Both the position numbers and the translations under genes were made by a program. Below, piece by piece: positions 54,278-63,411 of a stretch of 64,000 bases of DNA. The notes beneath the pieces are model-generated. The model was not told where the DNA came from. It did not search any database and saw only the letters and a program-made list of their open reading frames with translations. The DNA is from an uncultured bacterium (lineage in GTDB: Bacteria > Verrucomicrobiota > Lentisphaeria > Victivallales > UBA1829), in NCBI GenBank assembly GCA_902802585.1, contig CADCMR010000009.1, positions 5,921 to 69,920 on the forward strand. The letters are read 5' to 3'. Every line of letters starts with the position of its first letter. Positions within the stretch are counted from its first letter, which is position 1.

Positions 54278-56161
54278 ATGCCGAACGAGGAATCAGCCGC
54301 CCGCGGCGCCATGACCGCCGCCATGTTCATTCTCCTGGCCGCCCTGCTGGTCTGCCCGGGGATGTTACTGTGCGTGCCGTCATGGTCGTTCCGCTTCTTC
54401 GAGACGGGGACGATCGTGCTCGCGGCGGCGGGCGCCGCATTGCTCTTTCCGCAACGTGTTCTGGCGGTGTACGACCATCTGCCGCGCGGGCTGGTCATCG
54501 CCGGCGGCGTCCTGCTCGGCATCGGTGTGTGGCACGGACTCCGCCACGCGGGGCAGTACAGCGCCGCTGAGACGGGCGAACTCTTCCTTGCGGTCGCCGT
54601 GCCGTTTGCTGTGTGCATGTTCTCCGGCGAGCTCAAACGTCTTCTGCCGTGGTATCTGGCGGCTTTCTGGCTGATCGACGCCGTGCTCGGGTTCGTCCAG
54701 TATTATGGACTGCACTGGTTTCTTTTCGGTCTGCCGGGCAACATCAACTGGAATGCCGCGCTCCTCGCCGTCACTGCTCCGTTCGCCTTGCTGGCGGTCC
54801 GCAGACGCATCCCATGCCCGATATGCCGTGCCCTCTGCGCCGCGACCGTCATCGGGACGACCGCCTGGCAGGTCGCACTGACGGACTCGCGCGGAACGCT
54901 CCTGGGCATCGCTACGGCGGGGGCGCTCTGGGGATTTCTGAAGTTGGGGCACCGCGGACGCCGCCTGGCGCTGTTCGCCGTGCTGACGCTGGCGATCATC
55001 GGATCGGTCTGGTTCGCGTTTTTCACCTCGCATGACCGCATCCTCGACGAACTGTCCCGGGACGAACGCGTCTTCCTGGCGAATACGACCATGAGCATGA
55101 TCGCGGAGCGGCCGGAGATCGGATTCGGCGCGCCGTCGTTCGAGCAGGAATACCTGAACTACCGCCGGCCGGAGTTTTTCTCCATGCGGCATTCCGCCGT
55201 GCGCATTGACCATCCGCACAACCATCCCCTGTACATTGCGGCGTCGTCCGGCATCCTCGGATTGCTCTGCTGGCTCTACCTGCTGCTTGCCCCCATGGTG
55301 TTCGCCTCGACGCATTTCGACCGGCTGGACGCGGAGACGAAGCTGTCCCTGCTGTGCCTTGCCGGACTGTTCGTCCATGCGCAATTCGACCTCGTGCTCT
55401 TCCGCTGGCCGACCAATATCCTCGCCATGTTCTTCCTCGGATTCCTCCTGCACGAACTCGAGGGGACGCCCGCGCCTTTCTGGCGGCCGCCCGCGTTTCT
55501 GCGGCGGTTCCGCTGGCAGTTCCTGAAGAAACTTGAACGGAGCCGTCCGCCCGAACAGCGGTCAAGGCGGCTGGTCCGACCCGTGCTCTTCGCGCTCGGG
55601 CTTGTCCTGCTCGGGACAGGGCTTTTTTCCGCATTCGGCAACCTGGCGGCGGAATCGCTCGCCTGGCACGCGGACAACGTCGCGCTGGAGGGGCGACACG
55701 CCGACGCTGCCCGGCTCTACCTCATGGCGGCGTCCATGCCGGGATCCGGTCTTCCGCTCAAATCCCGCGCGCTCAACCATGCCTCGCTCCACGACACGGC
55801 GCACGCTCCGCGCTACTACGCCATGTTCGCGGCGGGCAGCACGCCGGACTTCGGCTACGTCAATGACTATCTCGCGCGTGCCTGTGTGATTGGGGGGCAT
55901 CCTGCGGACGCCGTGCCGTTCCTCAAACGCGCCATGAACCTGCGCCCGCGGTCTGTCCTGCCGCTCCTCATGCTTGCGGACGTCTACGGACGCCTCGGGA
56001 GCCGCGGCGCGGCCGACGCCGTGCGGGAACGCCTTGCCCAGCTCATGGAATACCGGAACCTCAAGCCGGAAGACCTCGAAACCATCTACAGGAATCAGGA
56101 CCTCGATCTGCACACGTGGTACAAACGCGATCCGGTTCTCATGAAGGAAAATAACTTATGA
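54278..56161 (+). CDS. O-antigen ligase (Wzy_C) family membrane protein with C-terminal TPR domain
   Basis: 627 aa, polytopic. Wzy_C-type block: RIDHPHNHPLYIAASSGILGLL. C-terminal 200 aa are TPR-like. Its stop overlaps the murD start (ATGA). Confidence 0.7.
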   Translation: MPNEESAARGAMTAAMFILLAALLVCPGMLLCVPSWSFRFFETGTIVLAAAGAALLFPQRVLAVYDHLPRGLVIAGGVLLGIGVWHGLRHAGQYSAAETGELFLAVAVPFAVCMFSGELKRLLPWYLAAFWLIDAVLGFVQYYGLHWFLFGLPGNINWNAALLAVTAPFALLAVRRRIPCPICRALCAATVIGTTAWQVALTDSRGTLLGIATAGALWGFLKLGHRGRRLALFAVLTLAIIGSVWFAFFTSHDRILDELSRDERVFLANTTMSMIAERPEIGFGAPSFEQEYLNYRRPEFFSMRHSAVRIDHPHNHPLYIAASSGILGLLCWLYLLLAPMVFASTHFDRLDAETKLSLLCLAGLFVHAQFDLVLFRWPTNILAMFFLGFLLHELEGTPAPFWRPPAFLRRFRWQFLKKLERSRPPEQRSRRLVRPVLFALGLVLLGTGLFSAFGNLAAESLAWHADNVALEGRHADAARLYLMAASMPGSGLPLKSRALNHASLHDTAHAPRYYAMFAAGSTPDFGYVNDYLARACVIGGHPADAVPFLKRAMNLRPRSVLPLLMLADVYGRLGSRGAADAVRERLAQLMEYRNLKPEDLETIYRNQDLDLHTWYKRDPVLMKENNL

Positions 56162-57552
56162 CCAATGAATTACGCGACATGATGCTCATCGCCGGGTGCG
56201 GCGTCAGCGGACGCGCCGCCGCAAGGCTCGCCGCCCGCCTCGATATTCCGTTCGCACTGCTCGACGAACAGGACAACGACTCCCTGCGTGCGTTTGCCGC
56301 ATCCCTCCCGAAACAGCCCGAATCCATTTATTTCGGATTCCGCGCGCAGGATGAACTGCCGCTGTTTGAACGCACCGTGCTCAGCCCCGGATTCCGCGCG
56401 GGGAACCCCGTGCGGGCGAAACTTGCCGCCGTCTCCGGGCAACTCGTCAGCGAACTTGAGTTCGCGCTCGCTGCTTGCGGAAAACCGTTCGTCGGCATCA
56501 CCGGGACCAACGGCAAGACGACCACGACCGAGCTGACCGCCGAACTCTTCCGCGCCGCCGGGGTCCGGGCGTGCGCCTGCGGCAACAACGGCTATGCCAT
56601 GAGCGACGCGGCGATCGACTGCCTCGACGGCAAGCTCGACCTCCCGGTCGTCGAAATCAGTTCATTCCAGCTCGAGATCATGCCCGTGCCGCATCCGGCC
56701 GCCGCCGCCGTTCTGAACCTGGCGTCCGACCACATTGACCGTCATGGCAGCATGGAGGCGTACGCCGCCGCGAAATTCAAGCTTCTCGGCGATCCCGCCG
56801 CGAACTGCGTGGTGAACTCGCTCATCCTTGACCGGTTCAAGTCCGCCGCCCCCGGACAGAAACTTCATACGTTCTCGGCGGTTTTGCCCGCCGATTTCAC
56901 GGTGCAAAACGGTTCCCTGAGCTTCCGCGGGCGCGATATCATCCCCATTGGAAAACTCGCACTGAAGGGCGTCCACAATCTGGAAAATGCGCTTGCCGCG
57001 CTCGCCCTTCTCGCGTCGGTCCGGGGAGAGGACGCGGTATTCGATCCCGCCGTGGCCAAAGCCCTTGCGGAATTCGAGTCCGGTCCGCATCGGCTGGAGC
57101 TTTTTTTGACCGCAAATGGCGTACGGTATATCAATGATTCAAAAGCGACCAATCCTCACGCCGTGAACGCCGCTCTCGCCGCCGTCGGCGGGGACCGCAA
57201 CGTGGTCATCCTGCTCGGAGGTTTGGACAAGGATATGAATTTCGCGGAGCTTGCGGCAAGCCTGAACCATCTCAAATGCGCCGTCGTCTTCGGATCGTGC
57301 GGACAGAAGATCGCCGCTTTCCTTGAAAAGAACAGCGTGCCGCTCTCCATGTGCGAAACCTTCCCGGACGCCGTCGAAAAAGCCGTCGCCGCCGCATCGT
57401 CCGGCGACGTCGTGCTGCTCTCGCCCGCTACCGCCAGTATGGACATGTTTCGCGACTACCGGGACCGCGGCGACCGGTTCAAGGCTTTGTGCCGGAAATT
57501 TGCGGCGCCGGACGGTCCAGCCATGGAACAAACCGCGAAACCGCGTGTCTAA
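56158..57552 (+). CDS. murD: UDP-N-acetylmuramoyl-L-alanine--D-glutamate ligase
   Basis: 464 aa: IAGCGVSGRAAARL, GITGTNGKTTTTEL, INDSKATN. Confidence 0.92.
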   Translation: MTNELRDMMLIAGCGVSGRAAARLAARLDIPFALLDEQDNDSLRAFAASLPKQPESIYFGFRAQDELPLFERTVLSPGFRAGNPVRAKLAAVSGQLVSELEFALAACGKPFVGITGTNGKTTTTELTAELFRAAGVRACACGNNGYAMSDAAIDCLDGKLDLPVVEISSFQLEIMPVPHPAAAAVLNLASDHIDRHGSMEAYAAAKFKLLGDPAANCVVNSLILDRFKSAAPGQKLHTFSAVLPADFTVQNGSLSFRGRDIIPIGKLALKGVHNLENALAALALLASVRGEDAVFDPAVAKALAEFESGPHRLELFLTANGVRYINDSKATNPHAVNAALAAVGGDRNVVILLGGLDKDMNFAELAASLNHLKCAVVFGSCGQKIAAFLEKNSVPLSMCETFPDAVEKAVAAASSGDVVLLSPATASMDMFRDYRDRGDRFKALCRKFAAPDGPAMEQTAKPRV

Positions 57553-57676
57553 AGGATTTGACGCAGGAAACGTCGCGAACCGTCCGGAACCGGCGGCCCA
57601 GATGGAATCCGGCGCGTCAAAACTCTGAAACATCAATGCAACGGCGGCGGAATCCGCCCGAAGGAAGCAATTCATC

Positions 57677-59905
57677 ATGTCATTTCTCAGCGGCAGCATA
57701 TTATGGAATTTACTGTGGATCATCCCGTTGATCCTCGCCCTGGCGATCGCGGGCGGCGTCCGCCGGACCGGATTCCTGCGGAAAATGTTCGGTACGGATG
57801 AACGCGCCGCCCGGTTCTCCAACGCCTCGCCCGGCAAACGGGTCTTCCGCATCATCCTGCTCGCGCTTGCCATCCTGCTTCTTGCCGTCGCCGCCGCGCG
57901 TCCGTCCTGGGGTAAACAGGTCATGCACGACACCTCCACCGGACGCGACCTGCTCGTGCTGTTCGATGTATCGAAGAGTATGCTCTCCGACGACGTGAAG
58001 CCGAGCCGCATGGACCACGCGAAATGGCTTGTGCGCGAGATCGTGAAGAAGAATCCGGGCGACCGGTTCGGACTGGTCGCGTTCGCGGGCGAATCCTTCC
58101 TGGTCTGCCCGCTGACCGTGGACCGGGCGAGCTTCATCCAGCTTGTGGACGACCTTGACGTCGATACCATCCCGGTCGGAGGCACGAACGTTCAGCTCGC
58201 GCTTGAAGAGGCTGTCAAGGCGTTCGAAGGCGCGCAGGGCACGCACAAGGCTGTCGTTCTCGTGACCGACGGCGACGAACTCACCGGACGCGGCGCATCG
58301 GTCGTCAACGACCTCACCAAGGCGCAGATCCCGATCTTTGCGGTCGGCGTCGGCGATCCATCGAATCCGGCGGTTATCCGCGTACCGGACGAGGACGGCA
58401 AGCTCCGCATCCTCACCGACCGCGAGGGAAATCCGGTCAAAAGCCCGCTCAATGAGCCGCAGCTGACTGAACTCGCACGGCGCACGGGCGGCATCTATGT
58501 CCGGTCCACCGCCGCGTACAGCGGCATCGACGAACTCGAAACGCGCATCCGGCAGCTCGACCGCAAGGAGAGCGAAAACGCCATTTCCGCGTTCCGTCCC
58601 ATCGAGCGACCCGCCTATCCGCTCACCGCCGCGATCATCCTGCTCGCGCTTTTCTTCTGCGTCTCGGAGACGCGTCCGCGCTCCATTCAGACCGTGCTTG
58701 CGTTCACCGCGCTTCTGCTCTTTACGGTTCCGAACGAATCCCGCGCGCAGACTGCTCCGACACCTGCTCAAATTCAGAAAACACAGACAGCCGCACCCGC
58801 GACTGGAGAGACGGAAAAAGCGGAAACGCCCGCACCGGAACCAGTCAAGTCGGCGTCCGAACTTTACAACAGCGGGCTGGAACAGCAGCAGGTCGAACAG
58901 GACAACGAAAAGGCGCGCTCGTTCTATGAACGCGCCATCGCCGCCTCGGAAAAGGAGCCGCTTGTGCGCGCTTCCTCATATCAGAACATCGGCGTGATTT
59001 CCCACCTCGACGCGCGTTCAAGCCTGCAGGGCGCGGCGGAGAAGCTTCGTGCGCAGGACCTCAATTCCGCCGAGAAAGCCGTCGGCGAGGCATTGACAAG
59101 GCTGAACAAAACCGAGGAGCTCTACCGCGAAAGCATGCGTTCCGCCGCCGGCGACGCGTCCGTCGTCCGCAACCAGCAGATTCTGCTCGCCGACCGCAAG
59201 CAGGCCGAGGAAATGAAGAAGCAGATCGAAGAGCTGAAAAAGCTCATGGAGCAGGCACGCCAGCAGACACAGGATGCTCACGACCAGCAGCAACAGGAAA
59301 ACCAGCATCAGGACCAGCAACAGGATCAACAGCAGCAGTCCGGCGAGCAGAACCAGCAACAGCAGGACCAGCAGTCCGGCGAGCAGAACCAGCAACAGCA
59401 GGACCAGCAGTCCGCCCAGGACAAGACCAGACAAGCCGAAGAGACCGTTTCCGAACTGGAGCAGAAGGCATCCGAGATGAACCAGGACCGCCAGAAGCAG
59501 GCTGCCCAGGAGGCGCGCGAAGAACTTCAGAAGGCGCGCGAGGAACAGGAGCAGGGCAACGGCGAAAAGGCGGAGGAACACCTGAAGAACGCGCTCGACA
59601 CGTTGAACCAGAGCCAGCAGGATCAGCAGGGCGAACAGGAGAAACAGGACGAGAAGGGCGGCGACCAGGGCGAAGAGAATGAAGAGGACCAGCAACAGCA
59701 GGGCGAGCAGGACCAGCAGGAACATCCGGATGCCCGCCCGAACCAGTCTGACATGCAGAACGGTCAGCAGGACATGGGCGACATGGAAAAACAGCAGGCG
59801 GAAGCCATTCTCGATATGATGTCGAAGGACGAACTTGACTACAAGGACGCCAACCGGATGCAGCGTCCCGCCCGTCTGAATAACCGTGTGGAAAAGGACT
59901 GGTGA
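57677..59905 (+). CDS. BatB-like VWA protein fused to a BatC-like TPR and a long Q/E/D-rich tail
   Basis: 742 aa. N-terminal TM pair; VWA MIDAS DLLVLFDVSKSM...GGTNV...VLVTDGDE; second TM; TPR (LYNSGLEQQ...SYQNIGV); then an EQ-rich low-complexity region. Confidence 0.8.
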   Translation: MSFLSGSILWNLLWIIPLILALAIAGGVRRTGFLRKMFGTDERAARFSNASPGKRVFRIILLALAILLLAVAAARPSWGKQVMHDTSTGRDLLVLFDVSKSMLSDDVKPSRMDHAKWLVREIVKKNPGDRFGLVAFAGESFLVCPLTVDRASFIQLVDDLDVDTIPVGGTNVQLALEEAVKAFEGAQGTHKAVVLVTDGDELTGRGASVVNDLTKAQIPIFAVGVGDPSNPAVIRVPDEDGKLRILTDREGNPVKSPLNEPQLTELARRTGGIYVRSTAAYSGIDELETRIRQLDRKESENAISAFRPIERPAYPLTAAIILLALFFCVSETRPRSIQTVLAFTALLLFTVPNESRAQTAPTPAQIQKTQTAAPATGETEKAETPAPEPVKSASELYNSGLEQQQVEQDNEKARSFYERAIAASEKEPLVRASSYQNIGVISHLDARSSLQGAAEKLRAQDLNSAEKAVGEALTRLNKTEELYRESMRSAAGDASVVRNQQILLADRKQAEEMKKQIEELKKLMEQARQQTQDAHDQQQQENQHQDQQQDQQQQSGEQNQQQQDQQSGEQNQQQQDQQSAQDKTRQAEETVSELEQKASEMNQDRQKQAAQEAREELQKAREEQEQGNGEKAEEHLKNALDTLNQSQQDQQGEQEKQDEKGGDQGEENEEDQQQQGEQDQQEHPDARPNQSDMQNGQQDMGDMEKQQAEAILDMMSKDELDYKDANRMQRPARLNNRVEKDW
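59333..59415 (+). repeat. In-frame 36-bp tandem repeat (about 2.3 copies) encoding QQSGEQNQQQQD
   Basis: Units start at 59333, 59369 and 59405. Confidence 0.85.
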
Positions 59906-59909
59906 CGCC

Positions 59910-62513
59910 ATGCTGAACAGAACAATGCTCCCCCGGATCGCCGCTTTCCTGTTCTTCCTCCTCGCGTTCGCCGCCTCGGCGGTCGACCTGAACGTGTCGG
60001 TCCAGCCGCGCAACCTCACCGTCGGCATGCGCGGATACATTGAGATCTCCGCCGAGAACGTGAGCCGTCTCCAGGTCAACCGGATGCCGGGCCGCGTCTC
60101 CGGGATCGAGTGGAGCAGCGGCATCTCAAGCGGCTCCAGCATGTCCGTGATCAACGGCGTGACCTCCTCGAAATACACGCTCCGCATCCCGTTCACCGCC
60201 CGAGAGGAGGGCGACTTCACGATCCCGTCGTTTGAGGTCATCGTGAACGGCAATACGCGCCAGCCGGAATCGGCGGGTCCGGTCAGGATCCGCATCTCCG
60301 CCATGCCGAAGATCGACCCGTCGCAGGTGAACTCCAACGAGCCGGTCTACGCCCGCATGTCGATCCCCGGCGTTTCGGAGGACAAAACGCCCTCGTTCTG
60401 GGTCGGCGAGGAAATCCCGCTCCAGCTCTCCCTTTTCGTGCGCACGCCCTACGAGCTGCGCCTCGCGAACTACCCGGAGATCAAGTCGGTCGACGGCAAG
60501 ATGTCGATCCGGTTCCACGACTTCCGCAAGCTCAACCCGGAAGCACCGAACTTCGAATCCATCACCAGCCACAACCAGCGCCTCGGGAACGTCCCGTACA
60601 CCGTGTACGATTTCGACACGAAATTCCGTGCGCTCGCGCCCGGCAAACTCCAGCTCGTCGCCGACACCGCCGCCATCCTGCTCGACGAACGCGACTTCTT
60701 CTCCGCGTTCACCTCGACCCGGCAGAACATCCGCGGCGCTTCCCCCGAGATCACGATCAAGCCGCTGCCCGCCGCCCCCGCGGACGCGCCGTTCGTCGGG
60801 CTCATCGGGAAATGGGCGCCGGAAGCATCGCTCTCGCCCGGTCCGTACCGCATCGGGGAGCCGCTGAGCCTGAAGATCAATTTCACGGGCGAGGACCAGA
60901 CCGAGATGCTGAACATGCCGAAGATCGAGCCGGAGCATTTCCGCGCATATCCTCCGGAAACGAAGGAAACAGCGTCCGGCGTCTCCGTGAGCTGCATCCT
61001 CATTCCTCTTGAGCCGGGCGAACAGACCATTTCCTTCACCTGCTCCACGTTTGACCCTGCGACCGGACAGTATGTCCCGTTCAAATTCAGGGAGACCGTC
61101 AAGGTGGACAAGGCTGCGTCCGGCGGCATGGCGTCCATCCCGGCCGGCGCGGCGGTCGTGAACGCCGATCCCGACCTGACATCGGGCGCAGGTTCTGCGC
61201 CAGCGCCGGAAAGCATTCTGTACCTGCACGACGAGGACGACGGCGGACGCGTTCCGATGCCGCTCGCCATGAACGCATTGTGGATTTCCCTCGGGCTGAT
61301 CCTCGCCGGTTCCGTTTTCGCGGGCGGCAGCGCGTTCGCCGCCGCACGGAAACGCTCCCTCGAATCCGATCCGTCCGCCCGCAGGCGCATCGACGCCCGC
61401 GCCCGCAAAGGCAAGCTCGCTTCCGCCATCGAAAAGACGCCGCCCCAGGATCTGCCGGACAAGGTCGGCGCCGACCTTGCCGCGTTCTTCAACGACATGC
61501 TCGACCTGCCGCCGGGGACGTCCCTGAGCGAAACCGCGTCCCGTGTGAAGGAGGCGGAACCGGAGCTGGGCCGCCAGCTCGAAGACCTCGCGAACACCGC
61601 CTGGATGCCGTCGCTCCGCAGCCAGCTTAACGAAAAATTCCGCAAACAGCTCGCGTCCGCCGTCCGGAAGTTCGGCGTCGTCGCCTTCGTCGTGGGCGCG
61701 CTCTGCTTCGCATTGCCCGCGAACGCCGCGGAGGAAGAATCCGTTCCGGCGGACAATCCCGCCGCCGAGGAGGCTTCCGCACAGCTTCCGAAGAACTCGG
61801 ACGAAGCGAAGACTGCCTACGACGCCGGTCAGTTCCGGCAGGCGCTGGATTACTACGCCTCGAAGATCGACCCACGCCATGTCTCGCCCGCGTTGCTCTA
61901 CAACATGGGGAACTGCTTCTACCAGCTCGGCGATTACCCGCGCGCCCTGGTCTGCTACGAACGCGCCCGTTACCTTCAGCCGCGCGATTCGGACATCTCC
62001 GGCAACCTGGAGCTGACGCGCCGCAAACTGCTTCTGCCGGCGAAATACCGCGTGGAATCGCCCGCGGATTTCATGGTCGCGGCGCGCGACTTCCTGCGCG
62101 TGGACGAATGGCTCGTGGCCTGTGCCTGCGGCCTCACGCTCGTGCTGATCGCACTCGGCATGTTCTTCCGCCGCCATTCAAACCTGTGGCAATGGCCGTT
62201 CTACGCCGGGATCGCGGTCGTCGTGGTCTGCGCCGCCGCGCTCATCGCGAAGGTGTCCGCCGACGATCCGGCGCGCGAGGCGGTCGTGATCGTCCGCAAT
62301 ACGCCGCTGTACAGCTTGCCGTCCGCTGAATCCGGGCGTGTGGAGCAGTACCTGAAACCCGGCGCGGAGGTCTCCATCGAGGAGAACCGCATGGACTGGG
62401 TGCGCGTGCGGCTGGAGAACAACGACGAAGGCTGGGTGCGAGGCTCGAACCTGGCGCTTCTCTGGAGCAATTCGCCCGGCGACCTGGCAGCGCACACCGG
62501 CGCCGCGCAGTAA
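59910..62513 (+). CDS. BatD-like protein fused to BatE-like TPR + SH3 module
   Basis: 867 aa from ATG 59910. Signal peptide and BatD-like beta-rich N-region, then TM, TPR (LLYNMGNCFYQLGDYPRALVCYERA), TM, and SH3-like VVIVRNTPLYSLPS...DWVRVRLENNDEGWV. Confidence 0.72.
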   Translation: MLNRTMLPRIAAFLFFLLAFAASAVDLNVSVQPRNLTVGMRGYIEISAENVSRLQVNRMPGRVSGIEWSSGISSGSSMSVINGVTSSKYTLRIPFTAREEGDFTIPSFEVIVNGNTRQPESAGPVRIRISAMPKIDPSQVNSNEPVYARMSIPGVSEDKTPSFWVGEEIPLQLSLFVRTPYELRLANYPEIKSVDGKMSIRFHDFRKLNPEAPNFESITSHNQRLGNVPYTVYDFDTKFRALAPGKLQLVADTAAILLDERDFFSAFTSTRQNIRGASPEITIKPLPAAPADAPFVGLIGKWAPEASLSPGPYRIGEPLSLKINFTGEDQTEMLNMPKIEPEHFRAYPPETKETASGVSVSCILIPLEPGEQTISFTCSTFDPATGQYVPFKFRETVKVDKAASGGMASIPAGAAVVNADPDLTSGAGSAPAPESILYLHDEDDGGRVPMPLAMNALWISLGLILAGSVFAGGSAFAAARKRSLESDPSARRRIDARARKGKLASAIEKTPPQDLPDKVGADLAAFFNDMLDLPPGTSLSETASRVKEAEPELGRQLEDLANTAWMPSLRSQLNEKFRKQLASAVRKFGVVAFVVGALCFALPANAAEEESVPADNPAAEEASAQLPKNSDEAKTAYDAGQFRQALDYYASKIDPRHVSPALLYNMGNCFYQLGDYPRALVCYERARYLQPRDSDISGNLELTRRKLLLPAKYRVESPADFMVAARDFLRVDEWLVACACGLTLVLIALGMFFRRHSNLWQWPFYAGIAVVVVCAAALIAKVSADDPAREAVVIVRNTPLYSLPSAESGRVEQYLKPGAEVSIEENRMDWVRVRLENNDEGWVRGSNLALLWSNSPGDLAAHTGAAQ

Positions 62514-62558
62514 GCCGTTTCGGATTTAGCCAGTCAGTTTCAAAAAAGGAGGGGAAAT

Positions 62559-63227
62559 ATGAAACGTTTCTTTTTGTCTGCCGTGCTGGCGCTCGTCTGC
62601 ACGGTCCTGACCGCCGCGCCGCCGTCCGACTTCGTGATCCGGCTGCTCGACGGCGTCACGCTTGAAAACGCAACGGTCGACAGCATGTCCGGTTCGCGCG
62701 TCATCGTGACCGGGCGTCTGCCGGACGGCAGCATCACCACCAAGACCGTCAGCTTCGCCGACCTCACGCCGGAATCGCGCGACGCCGTGATGTGGAAGAT
62801 GCGCGACCGCCTGATGCTCGACTCGAAACCCGGCTGGTTCTTCTCCGGACCCGCGGTCGCCGGGGACCACCTGCCGTCTGCGGACAGTTCCGGCGGCGGC
62901 ATCCTCGTGCCCGCCGATGCGCCGATCGTGCTGCCCGGCGCGCCCGGCCGCATCTCCCTCACGTCCATCACGGAATTGACAAACGGCACGCTCGGCTGGG
63001 CCGCCTCGTGGGACGGCGGATTCGATGCGCAGCCGCAGCGGTTCGGACGCATCTACGTGTACGGTGTGATGCTGCTCCAGGGGGCGACTTGGTTCGGGAA
63101 CGTCTATCCCACGTGCCGGACCATCTGGTGGGAAGGGAATTACTTCCCGTGTTTCGCCACCACGCCGGATTTCGCGAAACGCATCAATGAGATGACGCGG
63201 GCGGGCGGAACCGAAATGATGCAGTGA
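62559..63227 (+). CDS. Hypothetical secreted protein
   Basis: 222 aa with signal peptide MKRFFLSAVLALVCTVLTAA. AAAGGAGG RBS. I recognise no family. Confidence 0.55.
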   Translation: MKRFFLSAVLALVCTVLTAAPPSDFVIRLLDGVTLENATVDSMSGSRVIVTGRLPDGSITTKTVSFADLTPESRDAVMWKMRDRLMLDSKPGWFFSGPAVAGDHLPSADSSGGGILVPADAPIVLPGAPGRISLTSITELTNGTLGWAASWDGGFDAQPQRFGRIYVYGVMLLQGATWFGNVYPTCRTIWWEGNYFPCFATTPDFAKRINEMTRAGGTEMMQ

Positions 63228-63231
63228 CGGG

Positions 63232-63268
63232 CGCTTCCTGCCCCGATTCGCGTTCAGGAGCGTTTTTT
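63232..63268 (+). terminator. Putative intrinsic terminator
   Basis: CGCTTCCTG-14 nt-CAGGAGCG (one bulge) followed by TTTTTT. Confidence 0.5.
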
Positions 63269-63334
63269 AACGTTAATTCAAACGTTCATTTGCGGAAAAA
63301 TGTCTTAAATTCTTTTAAAAGAGCGGAAAGCGTC

Positions 63335-63363
63335 TTGAAAACAGCCTGATTTTATGCTATATT
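63335..63363 (+). promoter_or_regulatory. Putative promoter of the LamG-like gene
   Basis: TTGAAA-17 nt-TATATT. Confidence 0.55.
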
Positions 63364-63365
63364 CC

Positions 63366-63399
63366 CCTTGAAACCCAAACTGAACCACAAGTTTCAAGG
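63366..63399 (+). promoter_or_regulatory. 5'-UTR hairpin partly sequestering the Shine-Dalgarno sequence
   Basis: CCTTGAAAC (63366-63374) pairs perfectly with GTTTCAAGG (63391-63399). The SD AAGGAG is at 63396-63401. Confidence 0.6.
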
Positions 63400-63411
63400 A
63401 GAACCATCATC

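Noticed and set aside
54034-54636. 201-codon N-terminal extension of the lon ORF in the track (1323 aa).
   Set aside because: The extension overlaps the divergent promoter region and the 5' end of the O-antigen-ligase-like gene. It has shadow-ORF composition. An AGGAAGGG RBS precedes the ATG at 54033, where Lon N-domain similarity begins.
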